Below are positions 8,163 through 18,277 of a stretch of DNA of 64,000 bases, piece after piece. The DNA comes from Candidatus Gastranaerophilales bacterium (GTDB taxonomy: Bacteria > Cyanobacteriota > Vampirovibrionia > Gastranaerophilales > Gastranaerophilaceae). The notes beneath the pieces were generated by a model. It did no database searches. It was not told where the DNA came from and was given only the letters and a program-made list of their open reading frames with translations. The first letter of the stretch is position 1. Every line of letters begins with the position of its first letter. The stretch lies in the NCBI GenBank assembly GCA_947587615.1, contig CANPYC010000005.1:12853-76852 (forward strand), in the 5' to 3' direction. The translations under genes and the position numbers were made by a program.

Positions 8163-8444
8163 TTAATATAAATCTTCGTTTTCTTGTCTAATTCTTGATT
8201 GAATGAAATTATTTTCAGGTTTTTTGGGTTCAGCAGTCTTTAGAGCATCTTCATAATTTAATTTTGCTGCGGCTGCTGCTTCCATTTTCTTTTCTTTTAT
8301 AGCTTTTAATTCTTTTGCTTTTCTTTCTCCTCTGATTGTAGTGCTGTTAATAATACGATTTGCACTATCATATTGAGTTCTTGCTTGTGCATAAGTACCA
8401 AAAACAAGCATTGATAACATAGTAAGAGCTAAAATTTTCTTCAT
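8163..8444 (-). CDS. small secreted protein (93 aa) of unknown function
   Basis: N-terminal signal-peptide-like segment (MKKILALTMLSMLVFGTYAQA). SD GGAGG lies upstream. Confidence 0.6.
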   Translation of the reverse strand: MKKILALTMLSMLVFGTYAQARTQYDSANRIINSTTIRGERKAKELKAIKEKKMEAAAAAKLNYEDALKTAEPKKPENNFIQSRIRQENEDLY

Positions 8445-8548
8445 AATTCCTCCATTTAAAAATTATTGGTGTTATATATATTAAAACGTAAAATTCTAAA
8501 AAAATGTTCGATTTTAATATTTTTTATTAAGTTTTTGTAATATTTTAA

Positions 8549-10129
8549 TTATATCACAATTTCTTTTTCGTTTTTATATGTAACATAACCTAAATATGTA
8601 TCGGGAGGCTTTTTAAGATTTTTTCTTTTTGTATAGATAATTGGAGCTTTTCCCCCTGTTTTTGCTTTTGAATTTTCTTTTGTTAATTTTGCGCAGTATT
8701 CTAAAATATCTGCTTTTGGCTCTTTTTTATTGTTCGGGATTTTTAAAATCACATGACTGCTTGGAAAATTCTGCCCGTGAAACCATAAATCTTCGCTTTT
8801 TGCAACTTTTGAAACAAGATAATCATTTTGTTTGTTATTTTTACCTATGTAAATATCCCAACCTTTATAGTTAATATGAGTAAGATTTGTTTTTACATCT
8901 TCTTTTTTAGTGTTTTCAATTAAACCGATTTCAATAAGCTCGTTTTTAATTTCTTCCAAAGTTTCAAAATCGGCTGCATTTTCAATATTAAAAATTATGC
9001 TTTCAAAGTATTCAAGTTTAATTTTTGCGGCCTCAACCCTTGTTTTATTGTGTTCATAGCTAATTTTTGCCTTTTTATATAAGGCATAGTATTTTTGAGC
9101 ATTATCCGAAGGAGTTAAATTTGTATCAAGTTCAATTGTTGTTTTATCAACTCTAAGCTCTTTATCACCCGTTTTAATTTGATAGATATATGACATTATT
9201 AAATCGGCAGTATTTTTATAATTTTCGACTTTTGAATAATCAAGCTCGTTTTGCGTTGTTTTTTGGAGTTTTTTATACTCATTAGTTAAATATTTTTTTA
9301 GTTTCTGCTTTTTTCTATCCAAAATTTCAAAAAACATTATATTTGAAAAATAATTATCGATTACTTCACTGATATTTGAACCTCCGCCCCAAAAATCATA
9401 CAAAAATTCTTTATTTTGATAATTTTGAAGGTTTTGTAAAAATGAAAAAATATCTTCAATATTTTCAAATTTTTTAAATATTTCGCTTAATAGCGCCTGA
9501 TTGAAATAGTAGAAATTATTTGAAATTTCTTTAATATTTTTATTTTTTGCAATTTCATAAAAAGTTGAATAGCTTGTTTGAAGAATATCAAGCTTTTGTT
9601 TTTGAGGAGGATAGATATAGTTAATTCCGCCGTAAATTTCTCTTATTGAGCTTTTATCCTGCGAGATATTATGAATTGAGCCTATAATAATTTTATTTTT
9701 TGAATTGTATAAAATTATGTTTGAGTGTTTACCCATAAACTCAAGCGCTAAGCACATTTGAGTAAGAGAGCCTATTTCATCAAAATAATCAAAATAAAGC
9801 TCTAATATTCTTTCATACTTAACAAGGTTAAAATCTTTTATTTTTGAGCCGTTAAGATATTTTCTTAACTGCATACAAAACATTGGCGGGCTTTTTGGAA
9901 TTTTTATATCCCTTAAATTCATTGTTTTCTCATCTATAAAGCAGATATGAGGATATTTAGGGTTGATATTTATATAAAGTTTTTTATTTTTTCCTTCATC
10001 AAGATTTCTGATGTTTAAAATAATTTCATGCCTTGACGGGAGCTGAATTTTTTGTACAATAGAGCCTGAAATAAAATCTTTATTTTCAAGATAGAAATAT
10101 TTTAAACTTAGAGAATCAAAGTTATACAT
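8549..10129 (-). CDS. rqcH: NFACT-family ribosome quality control protein (FbpA/RqcH-like)
   Basis: 526-aa ORF with an NFACT-N-like N-terminus, a coiled-coil middle and a C-terminal NFACT-R/DUF814 signature (DLWFHGQNFPSSHVILK). Confidence 0.75.
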   Translation of the reverse strand: MYNFDSLSLKYFYLENKDFISGSIVQKIQLPSRHEIILNIRNLDEGKNKKLYININPKYPHICFIDEKTMNLRDIKIPKSPPMFCMQLRKYLNGSKIKDFNLVKYERILELYFDYFDEIGSLTQMCLALEFMGKHSNIILYNSKNKIIIGSIHNISQDKSSIREIYGGINYIYPPQKQKLDILQTSYSTFYEIAKNKNIKEISNNFYYFNQALLSEIFKKFENIEDIFSFLQNLQNYQNKEFLYDFWGGGSNISEVIDNYFSNIMFFEILDRKKQKLKKYLTNEYKKLQKTTQNELDYSKVENYKNTADLIMSYIYQIKTGDKELRVDKTTIELDTNLTPSDNAQKYYALYKKAKISYEHNKTRVEAAKIKLEYFESIIFNIENAADFETLEEIKNELIEIGLIENTKKEDVKTNLTHINYKGWDIYIGKNNKQNDYLVSKVAKSEDLWFHGQNFPSSHVILKIPNNKKEPKADILEYCAKLTKENSKAKTGGKAPIIYTKRKNLKKPPDTYLGYVTYKNEKEIVI

Positions 10130-10185
10130 AATTTTTATTTTAACCTGAAAAAGATTTATTTCATATTTTATTGTATAATTTATCT

Positions 10186-10797
10186 ATGAATTGTTATTTT
10201 TTTGGAACATTTAACCCAATTCACTTGGGACATATAGAAATTGCCAAACAAGTTAAAGAAAAAGCGGGTTTTGAACGTGTAATTTTTATTCCCGCCTTTA
10301 TGCCTCCTCATAAAGTTGAGGGCTTGGAAAGCTATTTAAATCGTCTTACTATGGCAAAACTGGCGCTTGGAGATGAAAATGTATCAGATATTGAGTCAAA
10401 ATTAAGAGTACCAAGCTATACATATAGAACCGCTCAAAAACTGTTTGAAGAAAATAATAATCAAAAAATAAATTTTATTATAGGCTATGACCAATTTTTT
10501 ACGCTTGAAAGATGGAAAGAGCCCGAGATTTTAGCAAAAACAATTAAATTTATCGTTATCCCGAGAAAATTTCAAAACGGGCAAATTATAAGCAAAGCCG
10601 TATTTGATTATTTTGCAAAAAAAGGTTTTGATTTTGAAGTTATTGATATCGGTTTTCTTGATATTTCTTCAAGTATGATAAGAAAAATGCTTCAAAATAA
10701 CATGGATATTACGGGTTTAACAACAAGAGAGGTTAAGGAATATATTGAAAACAACGGACTATATAATAAATTGGCTGGAAAAAAATCTGTCGGCTAA
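10186..10797 (+). CDS. nadD: nicotinate-nucleotide adenylyltransferase
   Basis: GTFNPIHLGH nucleotidyltransferase motif and ISSSMIR motif. I prefer the ATG at 10186 over the TTG at 10171 used in the ORF track. Confidence 0.9.
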   Translation: MNCYFFGTFNPIHLGHIEIAKQVKEKAGFERVIFIPAFMPPHKVEGLESYLNRLTMAKLALGDENVSDIESKLRVPSYTYRTAQKLFEENNNQKINFIIGYDQFFTLERWKEPEILAKTIKFIVIPRKFQNGQIISKAVFDYFAKKGFDFEVIDIGFLDISSSMIRKMLQNNMDITGLTTREVKEYIENNGLYNKLAGKKSVG

Positions 10798-11353
10798 AAG
10801 ATACTCACACTCTTTAGGCTGTGCTAACACCGCTTTAAAGCTTGCAAAATTATACAATTTAGATGAAAATAAAGCATATTTAGCGGGTCTTGTGCATGAT
10901 TGCGCTAAGAATACGGAAGATTATAAACTTCTTGAGATTATTCATAATGAAATTAAAACGGGTTTTGATGAAAGCGAATTGAAAAACCCTAAAACTCTGC
11001 ATGCCATAGCGGGAGCTTATTTAATTCAGAAAGAATTTGAAATTGATGATAATGAAATAATTTTAGGGGTTAGAAATCATACAATAGGCAGAGTTAATAT
11101 GAGCTTATTTGAAAAAGTGATTTTTCTTGCGGATAAAATTGAACCCAACAGCAGGGATGAAAAATATACAAAAAAATTATGGAAAATGATAGAACAAAAT
11201 AAAGGCACAATCGGGCTTGATTTGGCTCTTTTAAGGTGTTTTTGCGAAACAATAAAAAGCCTTGTTAAAAGAAAGTTATATATCTGCCCTGCTACAATTG
11301 ATGTTTATAATGAATTGCTTTTAAGCGTAGGAGAGCTTTTAGAGGACGACTAG
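10745..11353 (+). CDS. yqeK: HD-domain protein YqeK (Ap4A hydrolase family)
   Basis: KRYSHSLG...VHDCAK HD motif. The classic nadD-yqeK pairing is present. The only available start is the TTG at 10745, which overlaps nadD by 53 nt. Confidence 0.8.
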   Translation: MKTTDYIINWLEKNLSAKRYSHSLGCANTALKLAKLYNLDENKAYLAGLVHDCAKNTEDYKLLEIIHNEIKTGFDESELKNPKTLHAIAGAYLIQKEFEIDDNEIILGVRNHTIGRVNMSLFEKVIFLADKIEPNSRDEKYTKKLWKMIEQNKGTIGLDLALLRCFCETIKSLVKRKLYICPATIDVYNELLLSVGELLEDD

Positions 11354-12417
11354 AGAAACGTTTTATCAGCATCGCTTAGGCAAACTTCAAGTTCTAAAAC
11401 ATTAAAAGAATAGCTTTTTATATCTTTTATTAAATCTGTCAATTTTGCTTCATCCTTTTGAGTTGTGATAAAAGTATTAATTTTGTGCTTTTTTGCTAAT
11501 GTAATTAAATTTAAAATATCTTTTTTTGTGTATTTATGATGATCACAAAAAGAAACCGTTTCTTTAAGATTATAGAATTGTTTTGCAAAATTAAAAAATT
11601 GTCCGCTCTGTCCGATTGCACAGAATGCTATTGCACTATTGGGATTTAATATATTGGCATGGGTTTGGATATTATAAATTCTCTTTGGCTTCATATTGCA
11701 TAGCTTTATTGGAAGTTTGAAATTTTCTTTTGCCCAATTAATTGAAGAGTTTATATTTTCATCCGCTTTATTAACTAATATTATTTCATCCGCTCTTTTA
11801 TTAAGCTCTGAAACAGGTTCTCTTAAAGGCCCTGAAGGCAAAAGATGATTATTTCCAAAGCGCATTTTTGAATCAATCAAAATTAGGGTTTTATCTTTTT
11901 TTATTTTTCGATTTGAAAACCCGTCGTCAAGAATAATAATATCCGTACCGTATTTTTGAATTGCGAGATTTGCCGCTTTTAATCTGTCTTTTGATGTTAT
12001 AACAACAACGTTATTATTAACGGCACGTGCCGTTTGGTATGGTTCATCCCCGCAAAGCGCACCGTTTTCAAATTTCAGACCGTCATAATCTTTTATTATG
12101 TTAATTTTTTTATTTGATAATTTTGCGCCGTATCCTCTTGAAATTATTGCAACACGATTATTTTTAGAATAAAAATTTGCAAGATTTATTACTGTTGGAG
12201 TTTTCCCAACTCCTCCCGTTGTAAGGTTTCCGACACAAACAACAAAAGCATTTACCCTATTTTCTTTTAGAATATTTTTTTCATAAAGATAGTTTTTTAA
12301 ATTAATTACCGTTTTATAGAAAAACTCTAAAAAAGATAAAACACTATTTAAAAAAAACGAGGGTTTTTTTCTTAAATAGTGAATATCTTGAAAATAAACT
12401 TTTAAAGAATTGCTCAT
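11350..12417 (-). CDS. lpxK: tetraacyldisaccharide 4'-kinase
   Basis: 355-aa ORF with the P-loop GNLTTGGVGKTP typical of LpxK. Confidence 0.85.
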   Translation of the reverse strand: MSNSLKVYFQDIHYLRKKPSFFLNSVLSFLEFFYKTVINLKNYLYEKNILKENRVNAFVVCVGNLTTGGVGKTPTVINLANFYSKNNRVAIISRGYGAKLSNKKINIIKDYDGLKFENGALCGDEPYQTARAVNNNVVVITSKDRLKAANLAIQKYGTDIIILDDGFSNRKIKKDKTLILIDSKMRFGNNHLLPSGPLREPVSELNKRADEIILVNKADENINSSINWAKENFKLPIKLCNMKPKRIYNIQTHANILNPNSAIAFCAIGQSGQFFNFAKQFYNLKETVSFCDHHKYTKKDILNLITLAKKHKINTFITTQKDEAKLTDLIKDIKSYSFNVLELEVCLSDADKTFL

Positions 12418-12424
12418 ATAAATA

Positions 12425-13789
12425 TTAGAACATTAACCTGAATAATAAGAAACGTTTATTTAACTTTTGCGAGAATTTCTTAACATTTTGAGTAATTGTT
12501 TGAATATCTTTAACCGTATTTTTAAGCTTCATCTTATCACAATCTTCAAGTCTGTTATAATCATCCATAATTCGAGCTATATTTTCCGTTATTGTTGAAA
12601 GATTTGTAACGGTTGAAGTTAAATCTTCTTTAAGCTTCGGATCTTTTGTATATTCATTTACATATTGGCTGATTTCAGAAAGATTTTTCATTGTCTCATT
12701 AACGTCTGCTATAATTTCTTTTGTTTGATTATCTTCTAAGATTTTATTAACGTTATCGGACATTTTTCCAACGGATTTTATACTTGAAACAATATCATTT
12801 TTAAGTGTTTCATCGGATAGAATATCATTAACATTTGACGATAATACGGTTAAATTCTTAACTAAATCTTCCGATTGGACAATTAAGCTGTTTATTTCAA
12901 CCTTGCTTGAATCAATTAAAAGTGCTGCCTTATCAAGCGTTGTATTTGCGCTTTGAGTAAGAGTTTGGATATTTTCAACAGAGGTTTTTAAGCTTCCTAT
13001 AAATTCATCCGATAAAATTTCAGAAACTCTGTCGTTTGTTTCAGCCAAAGAGCGGGCTGCTCTAAACTGTAAGTCCATAAAATCCGATAAACGCATAGGC
13101 TCAATTACGGTATATTTTAAATCACTCTTTGGAGATTGCGGAATTTCTCCATCCGTTAAATAGAACATTAATTTATCATTGTTAATTTTCAGGCTTATTG
13201 TTTCACTATCAAGAATCAGCCCCGGCAAATCCAAAACATAGTTCAATTTTATAACATTTTTTGTTTTAATTCTTTGTCTAATTTCATAAGGCAGCTGCGC
13301 TTTTTTAACAACCTGCGCTTCAAGCACTTTACCGATTTTTTGTTCTCCTTGGGTTAGCATCATATAAATTGCGTCATCTTTTTCAATACTCGTTTTATCG
13401 GATGTGGTTTCAGTGTACATAGTTTCAACCTTAGGAGGAGTAACTTCAAGGAATTGCTCGCCTATAATACCCGATTGCTGAATGGAAATTGTTGAAGCAT
13501 AGGGAATTTCAACCCCTTTTTCGGTTACAACAAAACGAAGTTTAACATAACTGTCCTTCCCTTGAATTACGGGTGTAATTTCTTCAACCTGACCAATTCT
13601 AAGACCCATCATCTGAACGGCAGAACCCGCACGCATTCCGTTAACATCTTTAAATGCTAAATCTATTCTTTCTCCGCCCGATAAACTTCTTCCTTTTACC
13701 CATAAAACCGTAAAGATTAAAATAGATATTGCAGCAAGTGTCAATATGCCGACTTTTAAAGATGAAGTATATTTAGCTTTTTTATCCAT
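12425..13789 (-). CDS. mlaD: MCE/MlaD-family protein with a long C-terminal helical extension
   Basis: N-terminal TM segment and an MCE core (FKDVNGMRAGSAVQMMGLRIGQVEEI). It follows mlaE-mlaF. Confidence 0.75.
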   Translation of the reverse strand: MDKKAKYTSSLKVGILTLAAISILIFTVLWVKGRSLSGGERIDLAFKDVNGMRAGSAVQMMGLRIGQVEEITPVIQGKDSYVKLRFVVTEKGVEIPYASTISIQQSGIIGEQFLEVTPPKVETMYTETTSDKTSIEKDDAIYMMLTQGEQKIGKVLEAQVVKKAQLPYEIRQRIKTKNVIKLNYVLDLPGLILDSETISLKINNDKLMFYLTDGEIPQSPKSDLKYTVIEPMRLSDFMDLQFRAARSLAETNDRVSEILSDEFIGSLKTSVENIQTLTQSANTTLDKAALLIDSSKVEINSLIVQSEDLVKNLTVLSSNVNDILSDETLKNDIVSSIKSVGKMSDNVNKILEDNQTKEIIADVNETMKNLSEISQYVNEYTKDPKLKEDLTSTVTNLSTITENIARIMDDYNRLEDCDKMKLKNTVKDIQTITQNVKKFSQKLNKRFLLFRLMF

Positions 13790-13808
13790 TTATTTATTTC
13801 CTTTAGTT

Positions 13809-14534
13809 TTATTTAGTTGCTATATTCATAGGCCCTTGAATTGAGGCTGAAACAAATTGCCTTGCATATTCATTTCTGCCTTGCAGTAGTTCCGCTACAC
13901 TGCCGTTAAAAACAATATTTCCCTGATAAAGCATTATAACATAATCAACCGCCCTTTTAATTGTTGATAATTGATGTGTTACAACAACGCAAGAAGCATT
14001 GAGCTCTTTTTTAAGCTGAACAATATAATCTTCTATCATGGTTGATGTTACGGGGTCAAGCCCTGCTGTCGGCTCGTCATAGAGTATTATTTGAGGATTT
14101 GTCACAATTGCTCTTGCAAACCCGACACGCTTTTGCATACCGCCCGATAATTCCGAAGGGAATTTATCTTCAATTCCTTCTAGACCAACCATTTTTAGTT
14201 TTTCTGAAACGATTTTTGAAATTTCTTCTTTGGTATACTTTCCTCTTAAATCACGTCTTTCAACAAGCGGAAAAGATATATTGTCGTATACGTTTAAAAA
14301 GTCAAATAGGGCGCTATATTGAAAAGCCATAGCAATATCAGACTCTTTGGGATAGATTATTTCACCTTCATCTTTTGGTAAAATTCCTGATATGATTTTT
14401 AATAACGTTGATTTACCGCTACCTGAAAAACCTACAACACCAAGGGTTTGACCGCTTTCAACCTTGAAAGAGATATTATTTAAAACTTTTTTATTATCAA
14501 ATACTTTAACTAAATTTTTAACTTCGAGTGTCAT
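13809..14534 (-). CDS. mlaF: ABC transporter ATP-binding protein (MlaF-like)
   Basis: Walker A GFSGSGKST, signature LSGGMQKR and Walker B ILYDEP. Confidence 0.9.
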   Translation of the reverse strand: MTLEVKNLVKVFDNKKVLNNISFKVESGQTLGVVGFSGSGKSTLLKIISGILPKDEGEIIYPKESDIAMAFQYSALFDFLNVYDNISFPLVERRDLRGKYTKEEISKIVSEKLKMVGLEGIEDKFPSELSGGMQKRVGFARAIVTNPQIILYDEPTAGLDPVTSTMIEDYIVQLKKELNASCVVVTHQLSTIKRAVDYVIMLYQGNIVFNGSVAELLQGRNEYARQFVSASIQGPMNIATK

Positions 14535-14551
14535 TTTTTAATTTTTAACCT

Positions 14552-15349
14552 TTACAGATAAAATATTGAAGCAAAAATAAAATCCCACATTGCAATTGCA
14601 AGAAAAGACCAAACAACCGCTTTTGTTGTAGCTAAACCGACCTCTTTAGCTCCGCCCCTTGTAGAGTAACCGCATGAGCAGCTAATTAGTGCTATTGTAC
14701 CTCCAAAGAATGAACTTTTTAAAAGTGCAATAAAAATATCTCTTATATATAGCCCATGCCAGAGTGATGTTACATAATTAAGAAGGCTTACTTCCGCTGT
14801 TATATGAGAAACAACACCCGAACAAACAAGACCGAATGTTCCTGCTATTACAAAAACAACGGGCATAAATAAAGCCCCTGCAATGAACCTCGGAACAATT
14901 AAATATTCAACAGGATCAACCCTTAAAACCTGCATTGCGTTTATTTGCTCCGTTACGGACATTGAAGCAAGTTCAGAAGCAAAAGATGAACCCACCATTG
15001 AAATAATTGCAAAACCGCTCATGACAGCAGAAAGCTCTCTAACCATTACAAGGGCAGAAAGTGTACCGATATAGTCAACTCCACCCTGACGTGCAAGCTC
15101 GGGCGCTAACTGCATTGCAATAATTGCAGATGTCATCCCGACAATCGTTAAGCTTATTGGCAGGCTGTCAAATGCAAAGCGTTTAGATTGCTCAATTACT
15201 TCTTTGAAATTAACTTTAAAACTAAGAGTATACGCTAAGACACGGGAAAAATCACTCCCGATTAAGCCAAGGGTAATTAAAAACTCCTTAATTTGCCCCC
15301 ATAATAATAAAAAACCCTGATAAGTTAATGTCTTATTTAACTCAAACAT
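14552..15349 (-). CDS. mlaE: ABC transporter permease (MlaE-like)
   Basis: 265-aa polytopic membrane ORF with MlaE-like layout, first gene of the mla-lpxK operon. Confidence 0.85.
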   Translation of the reverse strand: MFELNKTLTYQGFLLLWGQIKEFLITLGLIGSDFSRVLAYTLSFKVNFKEVIEQSKRFAFDSLPISLTIVGMTSAIIAMQLAPELARQGGVDYIGTLSALVMVRELSAVMSGFAIISMVGSSFASELASMSVTEQINAMQVLRVDPVEYLIVPRFIAGALFMPVVFVIAGTFGLVCSGVVSHITAEVSLLNYVTSLWHGLYIRDIFIALLKSSFFGGTIALISCSCGYSTRGGAKEVGLATTKAVVWSFLAIAMWDFIFASIFYL

Positions 15350-15452
15350 AAACTTATTTTAGCGCAAAAATATTTTTTTGGCACCATTTTTAAGCATTTT
15401 TTTAATTCAAACAGATGACAAATGAATTTCATAAACTTATTAAAATGTAACT

Positions 15453-16868
15453 ATGATAAAAATTGCACTCATACCGATTGATAACAGACCCATCTGCTAC
15501 GATTTAATTAAAGATATTTTGGCAATTGATAAAAATATTAAGCTTTATTTGCCCGATATATCCGATTTAGGCGGGCTTGTAAGCATGTCAAACATTGATA
15601 ATATTTTAAGTTTTATTAACACTATAGATAGTGTTGATTATTTAATCATTTCTCTTGATACAATTGCTTATGGCGGATTGGTTTCATCAAGAAGATGTGA
15701 AGATAGTTTTGAGCAAATAAAAAACAGAATTGAAAAGTTCAAGGTAATTGCAGCTAAAAAAGCAAAAAAAATACTTGCGTTCTCTTCAATTATGCGAATT
15801 TCAAACAACAATATAAATGAAGAAGAAAAAGAGTACTGGGCGCTATACGGTAAAAGAATTTTTGATTGGTCTTATTACCTTCATAAAACAGAGGTTGAAA
15901 AAAGTTATAATTGCGTATTAAACAAAGTTCCCGATGACATTTTGGAAGATTATCTGAATACAAGAAAAAGAAATTTTGAAATTAATAAAATTTATCTCAA
16001 TTGGGCTAAAGAAGGTTTTTTTGATACTTTAATACTCTCTAAAGACGATTGCAGCGAATTTGGTTTAAATGTTAAAGAAGCAAACGAGCTTAACAATATA
16101 ATTAAAAAAGAAAATATAAAAAGCGCAAAAATTAAAACAGGAGCGGATGAAATTCCTCTTTCTTTAATTACAAGAGCCCTCTTATCAAATAATAAAATTA
16201 GCATTAAACCTATATTTTTAGAAGAAAATTCAATTGATTTAATTTCAAAATATGAAGATATTTCAATTAAAAATTGTGTCTTAGCTCAAATTGAGCTTGC
16301 AGGGGCAAAACTTAGTTTAAATAATGCGGATTTAACTTTAATTATTAATAATTTTAAAGCTGAGCAAGGAGATTTGGTCTTAGGAGATATTATTAATTCA
16401 ATTGATAAGAAAATTGAATTTCCAAAAAGCCCTTATTTTATAGCTGATGTTAATAATGCAAACGGTGCGGATATTAAGCTTATAGAGCAGCTTTTAAGGG
16501 AAAATATTAATAATTTTTACGGTTATTGCGGCTATAATACAAGCGCAAATACTTTAGGCTGCGCTATATTATGCGCTGTTATAAAAACTCTTTCAATAAA
16601 AAATAAGACTTATGATGATAATGCTTTTAAAAAAATTCAATTTATAAGATTGCTTGATGATTGGTGTTATCAGGCAATTTCAAGAAAATATGTAAGAGAA
16701 TCTGCCCCAAATTTCAATTTTAATTTTATGGAGGCGCTTAAAGAAAAAGAAGGGGAGCTTAATTCAAACTCCAAAAAAATATCCGAATTTTTAAATTTTT
16801 ACCCGAAAGAAATTGAATACGCTCTACCTTGGCAAAGGTCTTTTGAAGTTAGAATTTCTCTAAAATAA
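15453..16868 (+). CDS. DUF4127-like protein
   Basis: 471-aa ORF. The N-terminus (IALIPIDNRPICYD) resembles the DUF4127 family as I remember it. Confidence 0.5.
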   Translation: MIKIALIPIDNRPICYDLIKDILAIDKNIKLYLPDISDLGGLVSMSNIDNILSFINTIDSVDYLIISLDTIAYGGLVSSRRCEDSFEQIKNRIEKFKVIAAKKAKKILAFSSIMRISNNNINEEEKEYWALYGKRIFDWSYYLHKTEVEKSYNCVLNKVPDDILEDYLNTRKRNFEINKIYLNWAKEGFFDTLILSKDDCSEFGLNVKEANELNNIIKKENIKSAKIKTGADEIPLSLITRALLSNNKISIKPIFLEENSIDLISKYEDISIKNCVLAQIELAGAKLSLNNADLTLIINNFKAEQGDLVLGDIINSIDKKIEFPKSPYFIADVNNANGADIKLIEQLLRENINNFYGYCGYNTSANTLGCAILCAVIKTLSIKNKTYDDNAFKKIQFIRLLDDWCYQAISRKYVRESAPNFNFNFMEALKEKEGELNSNSKKISEFLNFYPKEIEYALPWQRSFEVRISLK

Positions 16869-16933
16869 ACGCTTTAATAAAAGCCTTAGGGCAAATTCAA
16901 CTCTTGATATGATAGACAAAAATAAAGAGCAAT

Positions 16934-16959
16934 AGTATCATTGTATTAGGAATGATACT
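16934..16959 (+). promoter_or_regulatory. hairpin over the fliM ribosome-binding region presenting GGA at the loop/stem junction
   Basis: AGTATCATT-gtattagg-AATGATACT (9-bp perfect stem). The only SD-like AGGA (16948-16951) lies in it, and the ATG is at 16966. Confidence 0.5.
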
Positions 16960-16965
16960 GTTAAG

Positions 16966-17940
16966 ATGGAAAACCAAAATTTAAACACTGATAATACAAT
17001 TGGCTCCGACGATGAAGATTTAATCAGTACTACTTCAACGGGCGGCTTTAAGCGTATTTGCAAACTTTATAATTTCAGACGTCCCGACAAATTTTCAAAA
17101 GAACATTTAAAAGCTTTGCAAGATATCCATAGAGATTTTGTAAGACATCTTGCAACGGTTCTTACGGGATATTTAAGAATGGAAGTTGAAATCGACGTAA
17201 TTTCAATAGACCAGCTGACCTATGAAGAATATGTCTGCTCAATGCCTCCGCATATTCAAAATATGATATTTAAACTTAATCCCCTGTCAGGTGAAATATC
17301 AATGGGTATAAGTCCCGAGGTTTTAGCTGTTGTATTGGATAGAATGCTTGGCGGCGCAGGGGTTATAAATGACAGCTCAAGAGAGCTTACGCAAATTGAA
17401 GAGCTTTTAACAATTAAATTTGTTGAAAAAATTATAAAAATTTTAGAAGAAGCATGGGATGCGATTTTACCCGTCAAATCGGAATTTGTTACAATTGCAA
17501 ATAACTATCATTCTGTTCCCATTACAACATCGGGTGAAATTGTAACCTTGATATCTTTTGAAGTAAGACTGGGTCAAAAAAACTTTGGTTTAATGAATAT
17601 TTGTTTTCCCTATCCCGTATTGGAAACAGTATTACCAAAATTAACTCCTCAATATATTTATCAGCATACCGCAGTTGTAGCTAATGAAATCGGAAAGAAT
17701 GAAACCTTAGAAAAAATTAAAACAGCAGAGCTTGAAATGCAGGTATTATTGGGGATGGCAAATATAGAAATCAACGATGTACTGGATTTAAAAGTTGATG
17801 ATGTTATTAAATTAGACCAAAAATTAAATGAAAAACTTGTTGCCTGTGTTAATAAAAAGAAAAAATTTATGGTAATACCCGGCATGATATCTAATAAAAT
17901 TTGTGTAAAAATAATGGAGCAGTATAAACCCAAGGAGTAA
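16966..17940 (+). CDS. fliM: flagellar motor switch protein FliM
   Basis: 324-aa ORF with YNFRRPDKFSKEHLKALQ and middle/C-terminal FliM layout. Confidence 0.9.
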   Translation: MENQNLNTDNTIGSDDEDLISTTSTGGFKRICKLYNFRRPDKFSKEHLKALQDIHRDFVRHLATVLTGYLRMEVEIDVISIDQLTYEEYVCSMPPHIQNMIFKLNPLSGEISMGISPEVLAVVLDRMLGGAGVINDSSRELTQIEELLTIKFVEKIIKILEEAWDAILPVKSEFVTIANNYHSVPITTSGEIVTLISFEVRLGQKNFGLMNICFPYPVLETVLPKLTPQYIYQHTAVVANEIGKNETLEKIKTAELEMQVLLGMANIEINDVLDLKVDDVIKLDQKLNEKLVACVNKKKKFMVIPGMISNKICVKIMEQYKPKE

Positions 17941-17943
17941 AAT

Positions 17944-18261
17944 TTGTCATCCGAACCGCAAAATCTTGATATATCTAAGTTAGAAAATGTTGAAAGACCA
18001 AAACAACTTACAAAGTCTAAAACATACAATCTTTTATTGGATGTTGAGCTTGAAATGTCTGCAATATTAGGAGAAACAGATATCTCTCTTCAAAAAGTAC
18101 TGGATATTACAAAAGGTTCAATTATAGAACTTGACAATAAAACAACCGAACCTATCAAGCTTCTTGCAAACGGAAGAGAAGTAGCAAAAGGTGAAGTAGT
18201 AATAATAGAAGACAACTTTGGCATAAGAATAACCGATATTAAAAAGAACAATCAGGAATAA
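17944..18261 (+). CDS. fliN: flagellar motor switch protein FliN
   Basis: 105-aa ORF with a TTG start and a SpoA/FliN domain (ELEMSAILGET...LLANGREVAKGEVV). Confidence 0.85.
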   Translation: MSSEPQNLDISKLENVERPKQLTKSKTYNLLLDVELEMSAILGETDISLQKVLDITKGSIIELDNKTTEPIKLLANGREVAKGEVVIIEDNFGIRITDIKKNNQE

Positions 18262-18277
18262 CGAAACGGCGGGGAAT

